DNA of 64,000 nt from the human T2T-CHM13v2.0 reference genome, Homo sapiens. Made by a program: the position numbers and the translations under genes. Below are positions 1 to 15,380 of the stretch, one piece after another. Below the pieces are notes generated by a model. It was not told the DNA's origin, searched no databases, and saw only the letters and a program-made list of their open reading frames with translations. The stretch lies in assembly GCF_009914755.1 (NCBI RefSeq), contig NC_060938.1; one strand, 5' to 3'. The stretch's first letter is position 1, and every line of letters begins with the position of its first letter.

Positions 1-882
1 ACAGCTAGAATGTGCTAAGAGATGTCGGTCTAAAAACCTATTTGGATGACTTGAGGGGACGCATGAAGGGTGTGCAGGCAATTTGCAAAGGGCACCAGGT
101 TGTGGTCTCTTCTGGCTGGGATTTCCTTTTGGTTGGAAGAGATCTGGCCAGTTGTGCTGGGCCCCTGGGTGTAATTTTTGCGTATCTTGTTTTCCAGGAA
201 ATTCAAAGAAATAGGTAGGGATCGTTCTGTTTCTACGGAATTTTGAATGATCCTGATACAATGATTAGAAAAGATATCCTGACCTTCCTGGGGAGACATA
301 GGAATCTGATCTTTACAGAGGCTACAAAGGAAGCATGTATTGGCCTGTTGATGGACTCTTCTTGACATTGAACAAGACACAGGACTCCCCTGGGGCCTTG
401 GAATGTTCAGTGTAGAACCCTTTGAAGGGCAGAGTCTTTTGCCCTACATCTGTTCCTGTGGGGCTGTGGTGGCCCTAGCAGAAGTGTGATCAAAGGGATA
501 CAACACACAATAACTTTGTTGGTATTTTCAAATGATGTTCAAGGCTCGAATGCCAGCAGTAGAGATGGAAATCAACAAACCATGGCATTGGACCTGAAGG
601 CTAGGAGCTTGTGCCTCTGTCCCTGGGATACCTTGTGACCTTGGATAAGCCCCTGCCATTTTACTTTACCTCCATTTTCCCATCTACTCAGAGCTATGTT
701 TAGGAGATTTTTGTTGATCTTACCAAAGGGGCAGCTAATATCCATTGATCCCAATTGAAGCCTTGGGATAGGGATGTGGCAAGGCCTAGAAGGAAGTCAC
801 ACTGGGAAATGCCTGGGATGGTGCTGGTTTGAAACAAGCTTTGCTTTTCAGTGCTTGTGGACACGTCTTAAAGCCATGGGAT

Positions 883-1878
883 CAGAGCCAGCCACATAAT
901 TTGCAGGGCCCAGCATGAAATGAAATGTAGGACTCTTTGTTGAAAAGGCAGGGAGGAAGTGTCGCTAAAGATCCTGAAAGATAAAGCTTTTCTCTTTCTT
1001 TTGTTCTCTCTTTCTCTTGACTTGACATGGTGTTTTGCATTTGCTATTTGATGTCATTGCAAATAAAAAATTTTAAAATTTAATTATTAGCATAGATTTT
1101 ACTATTCTTTATGATGTGTGGTGCCAGTTTTAAATGAACTTATAGGAACACTTTACTTATATGAGGAATTATAAAAATTATACAATTTATACTTCTGTAG
1201 CTCATACATGCATATGTATTTATTCTTACTAGAACAGTGGAAATGCTGCACCAAATAAACTAAACTATTTTTATTTCACTTTTTTATATGTGTACTTTAT
1301 ATGCATACTTCATATGTGCACTTTCCACCAGGCTTTCAGATGAGCCAGGAAAGGAAAAGGGAATACACGTGACCCTACCCTTTCCTTCTGTGTCATCATT
1401 TTCAGCATGAGTGGTTGGCTAATATGGGAAAGCAACATAGGTAGGAAAGGATATGATAGGGTTCCTAGATTATTTGTGTTTCTGAGAACATTTTTTTTTG
1501 TCCATGTTTGAAGCCATTTCTAGTTTGAATGGAAAGAATGGCCCTTTGGGACTGGCAGCATATTCATTTAGTTATGGGCATAATTAAGTCTTGATGAACT
1601 CTCACGCATCATGGGGCTCCTAGAATTCTTTGCTCCTGGGGCATTGTGAATGCTATATGCAAATGGGGCAGCAGAGAGTGGTATTGTGCCCATCTCCTCT
1701 GTCCCTGCTCATGCTGTGTTGTCCCATCAGACTTCACTTAAACAAAACACAAGTTTAAAGATAAAGTGACTAAGAATTTCAAGAAGGCAATAGCAGAGTA
1801 TTAAATGAAGTACAGGTTCCTTCTGAGTGTGGGGCTCTATGCAACAGCACAAGTTGCCCACCCTTGAAGCCAGCCCTC
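883..1878 (-). mobile_element. MER45B/C-like hAT-Tip100 DNA transposon, near full length
   Basis: Terminal inverted repeats (cagagccagc...gccagccctc) and MER45 subterminal motifs (ataatttgcagggcccag; aagaatttcaaga). Degenerate 8-bp TSD catgggat/aatgggac. Confidence 0.75.
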
Positions 1879-4132
1879 AATGGGACACCAGAAGATGGCT
1901 GGATGGATACATCTGAGGTGGACAAAATTGGATACAGACTCTAAGGCAGAGTCTAAGAACAAAGGGTATTCAACAGATGTTGGTGTAAAGATGGATGAGT
2001 TACAAATTTAAAAACTCAGTGGTGAAAAGGAGGTCAGGGGCTAGAGACAAGCAGTAACCTTGCAATCAGAGGATGAATTCCTAGGGTAAGGATTGGTCAA
2101 AAGAAGGGAAAAGAATATAGGCCTCATGTCAAGATGCTCAGCCAAGATCTTGCCATCCCGATGGGAGAGCTTGACTGGCTAAGCTGTTGTTGACCTGGGG
2201 CTGTTCCTTAGGTAGCACCTTGACCAATAAATCTTAAGGGTCAAGTAAATGGGGCTTGTAATACCTTCTTCCAAGGAAGAAAGTGAGAATTGAAACTTGC
2301 AGAATGCTTTCAAGGAAGGTACTGGGAAGAACATTACAAATTTAGACACTGGGCTGAGTTCCTAAAGTGGATTTGGAAGCTCCTTAGTCCACCTCCAAGG
2401 GAAATAAGTCAGGTGGCTTTTAGCCAGGAACTCTTTAGGACATCTTGAAATCAGAGTCCCTACAGCCAAAATACATGGGAGTGCCCCCTCCAAGGCAAGG
2501 AAATTCATCTGCAAAGCAGACAGGAAGGCCAAGATGTGGAGCAGCCAAAAGCAGCTCCCAGAGCTTTCACTGGTTGTGGGTGACCTCCAGATTCACTATA
2601 AGGAAATCCTCTCCTCACAGCTGTTCTCTTTCACCACCAGACTGTGCCTACTCCAAACAGCTAGGATGAAAACTGAATGTTTCAATCAACCAACTAGAGA
2701 TTTCCTAAGCCCCTTTGGGAAGGCAGATGTCCATATTTGGAACAAAATTTTCCGTTTCACCCAGATGATTAGTGTGGCCCAGACACGGAGCAGCAACTCT
2801 AAGGTCTAGCTCGGACAATGGTACCAGACTTAAAAAAAACAAAGATAATGCTGCAGGGATTAAAGGAGTTTAGCCTAACTGTGGTATTTATATGGCCTTG
2901 GAATTATTTATTACCACTGTAAAGCTCACTATCTTATACAGACGTACAATGTCATATCCCCAGCAAAAGTGTGAAGTGGTACTAACAAGCTCAAGATTTC
3001 TGTAAAATCAGAATTTTGATTTTGGATTTGGATATGACCCCAAACCCTATATAGGTACATGGATTCACCTGTCAATACTACCAGCTTGTCATCCCACATG
3101 AGCTAGGCATTTCCAATCATAGGGATATTCACCACCATCTGAAGCAAACTTTTTGACAACCACCACCACCAAAACAACTATAATAATAATGGTATCAGTA
3201 ATGACAGAAAGGATTACCATGATGAGGCCAGCACATAGTAGATGTTCCACAAATGTGTTTGAAATGAATGAAAATGCTTTTCCCAGCATCTGTCTCTTGT
3301 TAGGGATCCAATAAATTCAATCATTCCATTAACGTTTATTGAGCACTTATTATACACCAGACTCCAGGCTTGGGGGCTGGGTATATAGCAGTTAATATGA
3401 AGGACAAGATCCCCGCCTTACATGAACTTATGTGTATATAATTTCATTTGATCTGTACAACTCTGTGAGACAGAAAAGTCAACCTTGGAACAGTTAACAT
3501 CACTTGCCCATGGTCACATAGTGGTATATGGCAAACTGGGATCTCTCAACCACTGGGTCTGTAATTCCAAAGCCTGCAGTTTTAGCCATTCACCCTACCA
3601 CCTCCATCTTTAGGGGTTTCTTCCTTAGATAATAAAACTTGTCTCACTGAAATTTCTTTTAATCCATCAATATTCTACTCTTTGAAGCAACACAGAGTAT
3701 ATATCATCTCTGTAGCAAAGACAAGCTTTGACATTTTTAGGGTAACTCTCTTGCCCATCTTCCAGTCTTTCCTTCTGGCAGTTAGACATCCTTTTACTGT
3801 GAACGTGCCTTGTGTGATTAGGACTTCCATTCCATGGCCATCCTGGGTGGTTAAGGGGAAAGTGTCCTGTGTTCTGAAACCAGGTCATTGTTTCCCTAGG
3901 TCCTGCCATGTCAGTAGGAAGGTGACCTGAATTTGTATGGACAGTGGGGAGTGAGAAGCCCTGTGAGTCATAATTTCTAATGAACATAGAGACTGCAGAA
4001 TCCCCGCCCATGTCTCTCCTCTTTTCTTCCTCCCTTGCTTTAGGGTGTGTGAATTCCAGTTAAGAGGTCTTGAGAAATCGAAGTAGAAATGTGAAGAGTA
4101 GGAGTTCATTTCAGCCATTAAAGAATATACTT

Positions 4133-4590
<458 letters not shown>

Positions 4591-4962
4591 TTACCTCTTG
4601 GACCATGGTGTTCTGATTGAAAATTAAGGGTTGAATTCTAAGATCTCTAATCTCCTTTCCAGGTCTTAAAGAAAAATTCTCCACATCATTCTTTCTGAAC
4701 TGTGTGGCCATTACATGGAATAGAGAAGTTCTATGTGTGCTTAGAGATACGAGTCTCCAAAACCTATATTACTTGAAAAGGCAGAGTGTAGAACAGTCTT
4801 TAATATGATTTTCTTTGTGTAGAATTTTAATAAGAGAATAAACATATATGCTAGTACAGTGTTCGCATTCAAGAAAATTGTCTCAAGTCATACCAGAGAA
4901 GCAGTTAACTGTTACCTTTGAAAAAAGAGGCTAGGCAAGGAATAGGGCAGAGAGATTTTAAC

Positions 4963-5266
<304 letters not shown>

Positions 5267-6974
5267 TAACTTTTTACTTTAAATCTTTCTGTAATGTTTG
5301 ACTTCTCTACCTACATACATTATTACTTTTTTTTAAGAAAAATGATGACATGGGTTATCTGTGTAGAGAAATTATGAGTAATTTGCATTTTAAAAATATT
5401 CCTGAAGAAAACATAACCTACAAACATAATTTTAATGCCATTCTGGGTATTATCATGCCCTGTCTATACTTGTCAAGCAACATTATCCCACAAAAAAAAA
5501 AGTTTGAATGCCTCACACTTTCTCTTAATATCTCATAAAAAGACTTGTCTCCCTTTCTGCAGTGGCCACCATCCCAGTCCACACAAAGGGCTAGATCCTG
5601 GCAGCATGGTACCCCACAGAGTAGGAGCATGCCCCCTAGACTCTGTTGCACATTAGTGACAGTTTGAATCTTCTGGTGAGGCAAAGAAGAGAGTTGAGTC
5701 AGCACTTGTGATGTAAACTGGTTCTGAATGTTAGTCATATGTCTCTGGTGTCGAGGAAGGCATGGTGTAGGTGCTCAGCATCCAAGGTTCTTGTTAGCTC
5801 CTGAGTCTAGAAATTCCGCATGTTGGAGGCTCAGCCAGAGCAGCCGGAGCACCCGGAAGGAAGCTCAGTCATTCCATTCATTGGATTTTACTGGACACTC
5901 GCTATGTCTCTCCACAGCCCAAATCTAAATCCTTTCTGGTTTAAAAAAAAAAAAAATACATGGAGTGGGGACAGTTGGGACCAGGGTTTTAGTCCAGGCT
6001 CTGCTGCTAACTTGTTCTGTGACTTTGAGCAAGTCACATCCTGCTAAGCCTCAGTTTCCCCATCTGTAAACACTGGGGGTTAGATCAGCTTCCTGCCAAG
6101 CTTTCTTTCAGAAGCATTGAACTATCCAGGATTTCAAAAGGCTTCTAGCAACCCCCTCCCTGCCTTGATCTTTCTGGGAGCAGTCGGATTTGGGGAAGGA
6201 AACAGGAGACAAGCTCTCTTTTATTCCAGCTTACTGGTATGTGCTGACAGTAAGTATTAAATGATCCCAACTGAGATTTCCAAGGCAACCCTTGCAAATC
6301 TGGGGGTAAACCAAATGGACGTCAAAGCCTCCTTGGATGATACAGTCAGGCACTGGATTTCTGAGAGAAAATGAGTAGGAATTGAAGCCTATGTAAAATA
6401 TTATCTGGGCCCTGGAATCTAAATTGATGGCACCAAATAGTACTCATTGCTGCTGTATCTCCCTAGATTATCCCCAAATTCAACTAATCAAGCAGCCATT
6501 CAGCATCAGAAACCTGGCAATGCCAGCTATATTAGGCCAGGAAGTACTGGTAGCAGTGAAAACAAAAAACAAAACAAAACAAAAGCTTTTGATAAACAGA
6601 CTGGCAAGAGTTTGAGAGAACAGTTGCTGGCTAAGTTCTAGCATCTCAGAGAGTTCCTACCCATGGCTCAAGGCTGGAAAGCCCTGGGGATTCTGGGCTG
6701 GATCTGAGCATTTGGGGATGTGATTCTGGGCCTGTTACTTATGTCCAATCAGAACTGCACTCCTTTCTCTAATGGATCTGCACCTCCAGGTTGTGGAGAC
6801 CACAGGACCATTGGAAACTTGAATGGACTCTGATGCCTATACAGAGAGGGGGGTATCCCATGAGTGCCCATGAGGATGGAAGGAAGATAGAACACACAGG
6901 AAAAGATAGGAAGCAACCTAGACCTCAGAAAACCTGAGGGGTAATGTGGCATAATGGAAACAGGTCTTTACATA

Positions 6975-7185
6975 GTGAAATCTGAATCTGAATCCTAGCT
7001 TCCCTACTTCTTCCTCCATTAACCTTGGACAGGACCCAACCACTGTGGCTTCTGTTTCCATGACAGCATGTGAGTAATAATAATGTACCACATAGGATTG
7101 TTATGGTGATTAAATTAATGATACATGCACACATGCCTAGCACAGTGCCTGGCTCATAACAGATGCTTAACAGATGCTAGTTAAT
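6975..7185 (+). mobile_element. MIR
   Basis: MIR core and 3' motifs (taataatgtacc acataggattgtt...gcacagtgcctggc). Confidence 0.7.
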
Positions 7186-8293
7186 ATTTGAATCTAACTC
7201 CTACTCCAGTATGCATGAAGACAGAGGAAAATATAGGGAAAGAGAGAGGGAAAGAATGCAGCAAAGAAGGCTATGGGGAAACACGGGAAGCAAGTGAGCA
7301 AAAAGGTGAGGACAAAACAGGGGCCAGGGGAAAGAGTGCCATCTCCCTAAGTGTCTGCAAGACAGGAGAGGTGAGAAGGTATAAGCCAACAGCCTTTGGT
7401 GTGGACATTGTCTACCACCATGCCTGGTGTATTCCTGGTCAAGGGAGGCTGAGTGAACATATAACTCATCAGTTAGTTGAAAGACCACAGAGTTCCACCA
7501 TGACCAAGAGCCCATGGGTCAGGGGTCTATGCCCCTTCCAGCTTCTCAGGATTTGGGTCAGTCTAAGAAACACTTAGAAACTGTGGGTTCTAGGCACACA
7601 TCATCTCCAGCCTGAGATTCTCCAAATGAATAAGGCTCAGTTAGACAGTGCCTGTTCCCTGCCACTTTTCACACTTTGCCCCAGGATTCCCCCTGACCCT
7701 GTCTTTGAAATGAAAAGCAGGGAAAGAACTTCAGGCACTCTCACAAGTCAGACCAGTTGAGAATCTGACAGCGGAAAATAAGGATTTGCCTGCTGGGAAG
7801 AGAAGATACATGCTGTGATCATTTGAGTCCCCAGGGGAGCTTAACAAGAAAGAAGGCTTTCTGGTGGGAAGAGAAACAGAGGATGGCAGAGGCTCATAGA
7901 AGGAGACATCCGACAGAGAAGCCATGGGGCTGGCAGCCTCGGGACTGCCCCACCCACCCTCTTGTGCATCAGGCAGATGCCAGCTTACTGAGCTTCCTTA
8001 TTGGGGTAGGATGAAGAAAGTCCTTGGCTTAATCAGGCATCTTGGGAGTGAGAGCACTAGCAGGTGTGTCCCTTGGATCCGCTCACAGCTGCTCCTCCAC
8101 CAAAACACCCAGGGTCCCTCATGACCCTAAGCATCCCCAGAACAGTGCCCCATGAAGAGGCAGTGCTTTCTGCCTAGGAAACCCTTCTGAATCCCTTTTC
8201 ACACCTCTCCTCCCAAGTTCCTCTTCCCCTCATCCCCCAGCTCTCTCTGAAGGGATGATAATGGTTAGTGGTGACTTTTTAAAAATAGTTTCT

Positions 8294-8571
8294 GCCCGGG
8301 AGTGGTGGCTTATGCCTGTAATCCCAGCAGTTTGGGAGGCCAAAGTGGGTGAACCACCTGAGGTCAGGAGTTTGAGACCAGCCTGGCCAACATGGTGAAA
8401 CCCTGTCTCTACTAAAAATACAAAAATTAGCCGGGCGTGGCGGTATATGCTTGTAGTCCCAGCTACTCAGGAGGCTGAGGCAGAAGAGTTGCTTGAACCT
8501 GGGGGCGGAGGTTGCAGTGAGCCGAGATTGCACTACTGCACTCCAGCCTGGGCAACAGTAAGGCTCTGTCT

Positions 8572-8605
<34 letters not shown>
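8294..8605 (+). mobile_element. Alu (AluS-type) with A33 tail
   Basis: Full dimeric Alu; pure A run at 8573-8605. Confidence 0.95.
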
Positions 8606-8607
<2 letters not shown>

Positions 8608-8649
8608 CTAATTACAAAAGTAAAGCATCATAGTTGCAGAAGTTATTGA

Positions 8650-9065
8650 TACTAAAAGAAAAACCTCAGACAAATTAAATTTAGCAGAGTTTAATTGAGC
8701 AAAGAATGACTCGTGAATCGGGCAGCCTCCCAAGCCCGAATAGGCTCAGAGAGACTTCAGTGCAGCCACATGGTGGAAGAAGATTTACGAAACAGAAAAA
8801 GGAAAGCCACCGTACAAAAAAATGGAAGCGAGGTACAGAAACAGCTGATACTTAACAGCTCTGCATTTGCCTTATTTGAACTCAGTTTGAACACTTGGTT
8901 GCCTTTGATTGGCTAAAACTCAGTTGATTGGCATAAGAGTAGGTTGCAGACTGTTTACACATCCAGCTAGTTTTCAGTTTACTATGGTTCCTTATGTACA
9001 AAGAAACCTTTAGGCCAAACTTAGACTATGTAAGGAGGCAGCTTTAGGCTAAATTTAATTTAGCA
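8650..9065 (-). mobile_element. MER57-like ERV1 solo LTR
   Basis: The reverse complement begins TGCTAAATTAAATTTAGCCTAAAGCTGCCTCCTTACATA (MER57 5' end). Exact 4-bp TSD TTGA at 8646-49 and 9066-69. Confidence 0.85.
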
Positions 9066-9093
9066 TTGAAAATATAAGAAATTACAAAGAAGC

Positions 9094-9465
<372 letters not shown>

Positions 9466-10191
9466 TTATTTCCTTGCCGTTTTTCTTCCGTGTGGGTGTA
9501 TGATCATTTATATGTAAAACAAACATCAGCCAACCCCCTTCAGGTCTACCTTTCCCAGTGTATTTAGGAAACAAGGGGTTGTTCTCACGTGGGCTGGGGC
9601 CACTGCAGGGACCTCCTGTCTTTTCTCCCCTCCCCTCCCACAGGATGCTGCTCACTCTGTTTGCATGACAACCAAGGGGCCACTCGACTTCCTGTTGCTG
9701 CTACTTCCTTTTCACATTCCACAGCACCACTACACCCAGATGTATAATTTCACTAGACTTTACTGAAGGTTATGAGATGCAGAAGGAGTTTACATCTCAA
9801 AAATTGAATAGTAGAAATTCTTCCTCCTAAAACTCATTTGGCCATCAGACCACCAGGAATTTCAAATGGACCACTCACATTTTTTGGCAGGTTCCAGCTC
9901 CCCGCCATGCTGCTTGGACTCTTTCTCCCCGCCAGCTCCTCTCAGCTTCTTAGGTTTCCCCACTCTCAGATTCCCTTCATTTCATATACAAAGCAGTCTG
10001 GGCATCTTTTCATCTACGTGTGTGCCTGCTACTGACCTCTAAGCTTCACCTTCCCCACCTGAAGCAGTTGATGAAGCCAGTCTCCTCCAAAAAGATAATT
10101 TATTCCTTTAAACTCTGCTATAGATATTACAAATTCTTCACCCATACAGAAGGAGCAGAACTTTTAAAAGAAAAAATAATTCTTCACCCTG

Positions 10192-10193
<2 letters not shown>

Positions 10194-10228
<35 letters not shown>
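10194..10228. repeat. (CA)n microsatellite
   Basis: About 17 perfect AC units. Confidence 0.95.
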
Positions 10229-10229
<1 letters not shown>

Positions 10230-11531
10230 TTATTTTTCACAACATTCAGGTTTATACTGTACAAACTTTAGCAACCTTCATGTTTTTCCACCAGTGTTTT
10301 CATTGAAAATATTTTTCACCGTTCCACAGCATGATTGTAATGGCTGTGTAATGTTCCATTGCACCAATGTCCCATTATTTATTTAACTAATCTACTGATG
10401 GATACTTAGGTTATTTCCAGCATTCTGTGATTACAGCACAATGCTGCCAAAGACGTGCTCTTTCCGCTATACATGTGCCTGTTAATTATCCTATCCCCAA
10501 ACACATCTGAGGACATGAGGGAAAGATGGTGGGAGAGGCAATAGGAACAGGGAACATGTCTCTGGGGCAGGAGAGGGGATTGAAATGGGAGACGTTCTTT
10601 AATGTCCAAAAAGAGAACAGGATAGAACTCTGGCTTCTAAGGTCTTCCCATTCTGGCTTAGAGTTTCTGCCAATGAACGTGACGTGTGTACTTGGCCAGA
10701 GCTGAGAAGGAAAAGATAATATGGGGCGATGGGTTTCTTCTGAATATTTCTGGGAATACACTCATCTTCACATTCCAAATGGCCAATCTGGCCACTCCAA
10801 AGTCCCGCTTCCAGACTGAGGAAGGGGTGTTAATGAAGATTCCAGCAAACAACAGCTCTGTCCTACCAACTTTTCACTACTGCCTTCTCCCTCTCTGTCT
10901 ACTACACCAAAGTCAAGGGTGAGAGTAAGGGGCCATAGGTGGGATAACTTCTAAGTGTTCTGCCATAGCACCCAGATTGGTGCCAAAGGGCTGAGCTGAC
11001 CTTAAGCTTTGGCATTACAACTCCCTTGGGCAGATTCCTATATGCTTTAAAGGACTGTCAATGTAAGCTTTCAGCTTACAGGATTTTATACTGACTTTCC
11101 ATGCAGTTCTTTTACCTGCCACTTTGACAGCTATTTTTGCCAACAGAGGGTAATTAAAAAGAATATAAACTCCTTGAAGATATCAATATCTCTTGAATGC
11201 TTTCCATATTCCTTATGAAGCCCTGGGCACAGGCCACGATGAGTGAATCCTTATTGACTAAGTTTACTAAGAGTGCCTACCCGAAATTGTGTAGTGATGA
11301 TGCGTGGGAAGCAGCAGCTCTGGTAGTGATCCCAAAGGTGGGGCATCCATGTGAAGAATCAGAGGGATTCAAGGGAGCAGCTTGGTTATGATGAAAAGGA
11401 GAGATCTCCAAAGACAGTGTTGCTAAAACAAAGAAAACAAAAGACACACTTGACAGTGTTTGTTTGAATCTAGTGCAAGCACATACTAGAATGGAAAAGT
11501 GGAAGGTCAGAAATTAATGTGAATGGAATCA

Positions 11532-12012
<481 letters not shown>

Positions 12013-12499
12013 TCAGTCCTCAGACTTGATAAAGACCTTCAGAGATCAGCCAGTCCGGGTTTCCACCATTACCACCAGCTCTGTTGGATTGGAACCAATA
12101 TGGGATTTGGGGTTAAGTAAACACTAGCTCTTTCCCCATAAGAGCTAAGTGGGCTCAGCGGGTCACTTAACTTCCCCAAGCCTCAGCTCCTGGAAGCAGA
12201 GCTAATAATAGCTATTTCCCGGAGTCTCCATGAAAGTTAAATGAGTTGTAAAACACCGTATATATGTTAGGTCTTGCTGCCAGTTGGGCATAACCACTGT
12301 GGTAGGTGCTGTGTGAGAATTTAAAGATGTTCTAGAGATGTTTGTCTGAAAGAGCAAGGGAGACGCATTTCATAAAGAACAGTAATGATCCTGATTTGAG
12401 AATGTAGCTATGAAAAATAATTTTATTCTTTGTAAAACTAAAGGGCACATTTGATGATTGTACCTGTAGATCTGACTCATTAGAGAGACCCCCTAACAG

Positions 12500-13106
12500 G
12501 TTCTGCAAAGCATTACCATTAGGCAAGGATGTGCTATAATTTCACAGATATTTAAAAAATAATAATTTCTTAGCAAGTTAGAAATAGAGCAAAATTGCCT
12601 GATCTCAGTTAAAAGCATCTGCAAAAAAAAACTGAAGCCAACATCATAGTTGATGACAAGAAATGAAATTCTTTCTCTTATGATCCAGGAATTGCACTCT
12701 TGAGCTCTTATCTTAGAGAAATAAAAGCTATACCTGACTATTCCTATCAACTTTATTCGTAATAATCAAATACTGGAAACAGCGCAGATATCTTTCAGCA
12801 GATGAATGGGTAAACAAACTGTAGTACATCCATACCATGCAATACTACAGAGCAATTAAAAAAGGATGAACTATTGGTGCATTTAACAACTTGGATGCAT
12901 TGCAAGGAAATTATGCTGAGTGTAAAAAGCGCCTTCCAAAGGATTTCATGCTATGTGATTCCATTTATATAATATTTTCAAAATGACAAAATTTTAAAAA
13001 TAGAGAACAGGTTAGCAGTTGTCAGGGGTTAAAGAGGAAGTGGTGGGACAGGAAGGAGATGATAGAGGAACCTACACACGATAAAACTGTATATAACTAA
13101 ACACAC

Positions 13107-13150
<44 letters not shown>

Positions 13151-13360
13151 TGGGTACAAGTAAAGCTAGGGAAACCTGAATAAGATCTGTGGATTCTATC
13201 AGTGTCAATATCATAGCCAATATGTTGTACTATCATTTTACAAGATATTAGCGCTAAGGGAAAATGGGTAAAGGGTATGGGAGGTCTCTTTGTAGTATTT
13301 CTTACAACGGTAGGTGAATCTACAATTATCACAATAAAAGTTTCAAGTAAAAAATAATAA
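12500..13360 (+). mobile_element. Old L1M (L1MC/MD-like) ORF2 and 3' UTR fragments, with internal (CA)n at 13101-13147
   Basis: L1 3'-end motifs (gatgaatgggtaaacaaactgtagtacatccatac; tgattccatttatataata; tctacaattatcacaataaaag). Confidence 0.75.
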
Positions 13361-13782
13361 TTGGGGGGTTAGTTTTGCAAGCACTAGCTAAGCAAAGATA
13401 GGTGTTGTTTCAGGAAGAAACCAGAAACGTGTCATGTCAGCCCTGTTAGGATAACAGTAGACTCTGAATGGAATTGGAGATGCTGGTGGTTTTAGAACTT
13501 AGGAAAAAAAGCAGCCGCAGCAGGAGGAGGGGAAACTTTGCAGTTGGTTTTGTTTGCTTGTTTTTTGTTTTTCTCTCTGAATGTAAAGGAACTAGTGGGA
13601 GAGAAGGTTCTGGAGGGTTACATAGGAAGTTTCCGGATGAGTATTTACGTATAAAGTGAGAACAGTTTAGCACAATTAGGGTCTCACACTTAAGCCCTAC
13701 AGGAAGCAGTACCCATGCCTCAAATATGTCTAATGAAGGAATTGAGTTAGAATCATTACAGGCAGGTAAGCATCCTAGGAGG

Positions 13783-14012
13783 GCAGTGTGTGTGATGGTT
13801 AAAAGCACAGTCTCAGGTGCCAGATGACCTAAATTCAAATCCTGGCTCTGACACTTACTAGCATTGTGACTTTGGGCAAGTGACTTGACTTCCTAGGGCC
13901 TCCATTTTCCTATCTGAAAAAAATGGGCAAAATACTAGAAGCTAGAATAGATTGCTGTCAAGATTAAATGAGTTAATGCTCAGAGCAGTGCCTGGCCCAT
14001 TCATGCTAAATA
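13783..14012 (+). mobile_element. MIR
   Basis: ttcaaatcctggctctgacacttactagc..tgtgactttgggcaagtgactt core. Confidence 0.8.
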
Positions 14013-14938
14013 AAGATGACCTGCTCTTCCTCTTATTCCCTTTCTGGGAGGATGGATGGATACTGTCCACTGGTGCAGGGCCATATTCTCTTGAGTGCAT
14101 CATGCAGCACCTCATCCTTCTGCTCCTTTTCCCCATCTCCTTGGCCGGGGTTCTTATTCTCCAGGGGAATATTTCAAATCGCTAACAAGAGAAGTATCCA
14201 AATGTCACAAGTTGACAGCGTAACAGAGAACAATTATTTGCACACATGTGCAGATTTCCAGCTCTAGGACTTGGCCATCTGATACCTGTCTGCCCTTGTG
14301 GGTAGTGGGTGAAAATCTACTTTAGATAGAAAATCTACTTTAAATTACGCTGTAGCTTTGTTTATGTACCACATATTGTATATAGGACTCAAGATGGAAA
14401 TTTTCTCCAATTCATGTACACATTGCTGGGCAAACCATATTTGATAAGTGACTTTCTAAAGAACTAGTATTTATGAGAATCCATTTTTGTCCCAGCACTG
14501 TGAGAAGCATGTAATGTGCATTAATTATCTCATTTCATCATCATAAGCGTTCCCCCAAAGTTCCTATTTAACATGGGAAGAATAAGACCCAGGGTGATCA
14601 TATAACTCACCCTCGGGCCTGTGCTAGTGAGTGGCAGAGCTCAGATTCCAGCTCAAGACTGCATCTCTAGACCCAGCATTAGTCTTCAGCCAGGGCACCC
14701 AGAGCTGGTACAATACTGTTTGCCTATTTGGTTTGGTTATGATCTATACCAGTCATTCAATATTCTTAATATCAGCTCTGTCCAGATCCCAAACTTCTTC
14801 CACTTTACTACTATGTCATTGCTTCTTGAAATAAATTTGAAAGCAAATCAAATAATTTGGCAAACTTTTGGGAAAATTTTCCCCTAGGAACCCAATGGCC
14901 ATTTCCTGGGCCCATCTCACAAAGCAGTGACTAGCAAG

Positions 14939-15380
14939 GTATGTTAGTTTCCTAAGGCTGCTGTAATATCACACACTGGGTGACTTAAAATAACAGAAAT
15001 TCATTGTCTTGTCATTCTAGAGGCTAGAAGTGAAACATCAAGGTGTCGGCAGGGTTGGTTCCCTCTGAGGGCTGTGAGGAAGAATCTGTTCCAAGCCTCT
15101 CTCCTAACTTCTGGTAGCCCCAGGCACTCACTGGCTTTGTAGATAGCCGTCTTCCTAGATCTTATTGCATCATCTTTCCACTCTGTATCTGTCTCTGTGT
15201 CCAAATTTCTCCTTTTTATAAGGACACTAGTCAAATTGGATTAGGGCCCATTCTAACGATTTCATTTTAACTTGATCATCTCTGCAAAGACCCTGTCTCC
15301 AAATAAAGTGACATTCTTAGGTACTGAGGGTGAGGACTGTAACGTATCCTGTACAAATGGATACGGTGCAACCCCAAACA
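14939..15380 (-). mobile_element. MaLR LTR (MLT1C-like)
   Basis: MLT1 motifs (ttagtttcctaaggctgctgtaa; ttataaggacactagtcaaattggattagggccca; ctccaaataaagtgacattc). Confidence 0.8.
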
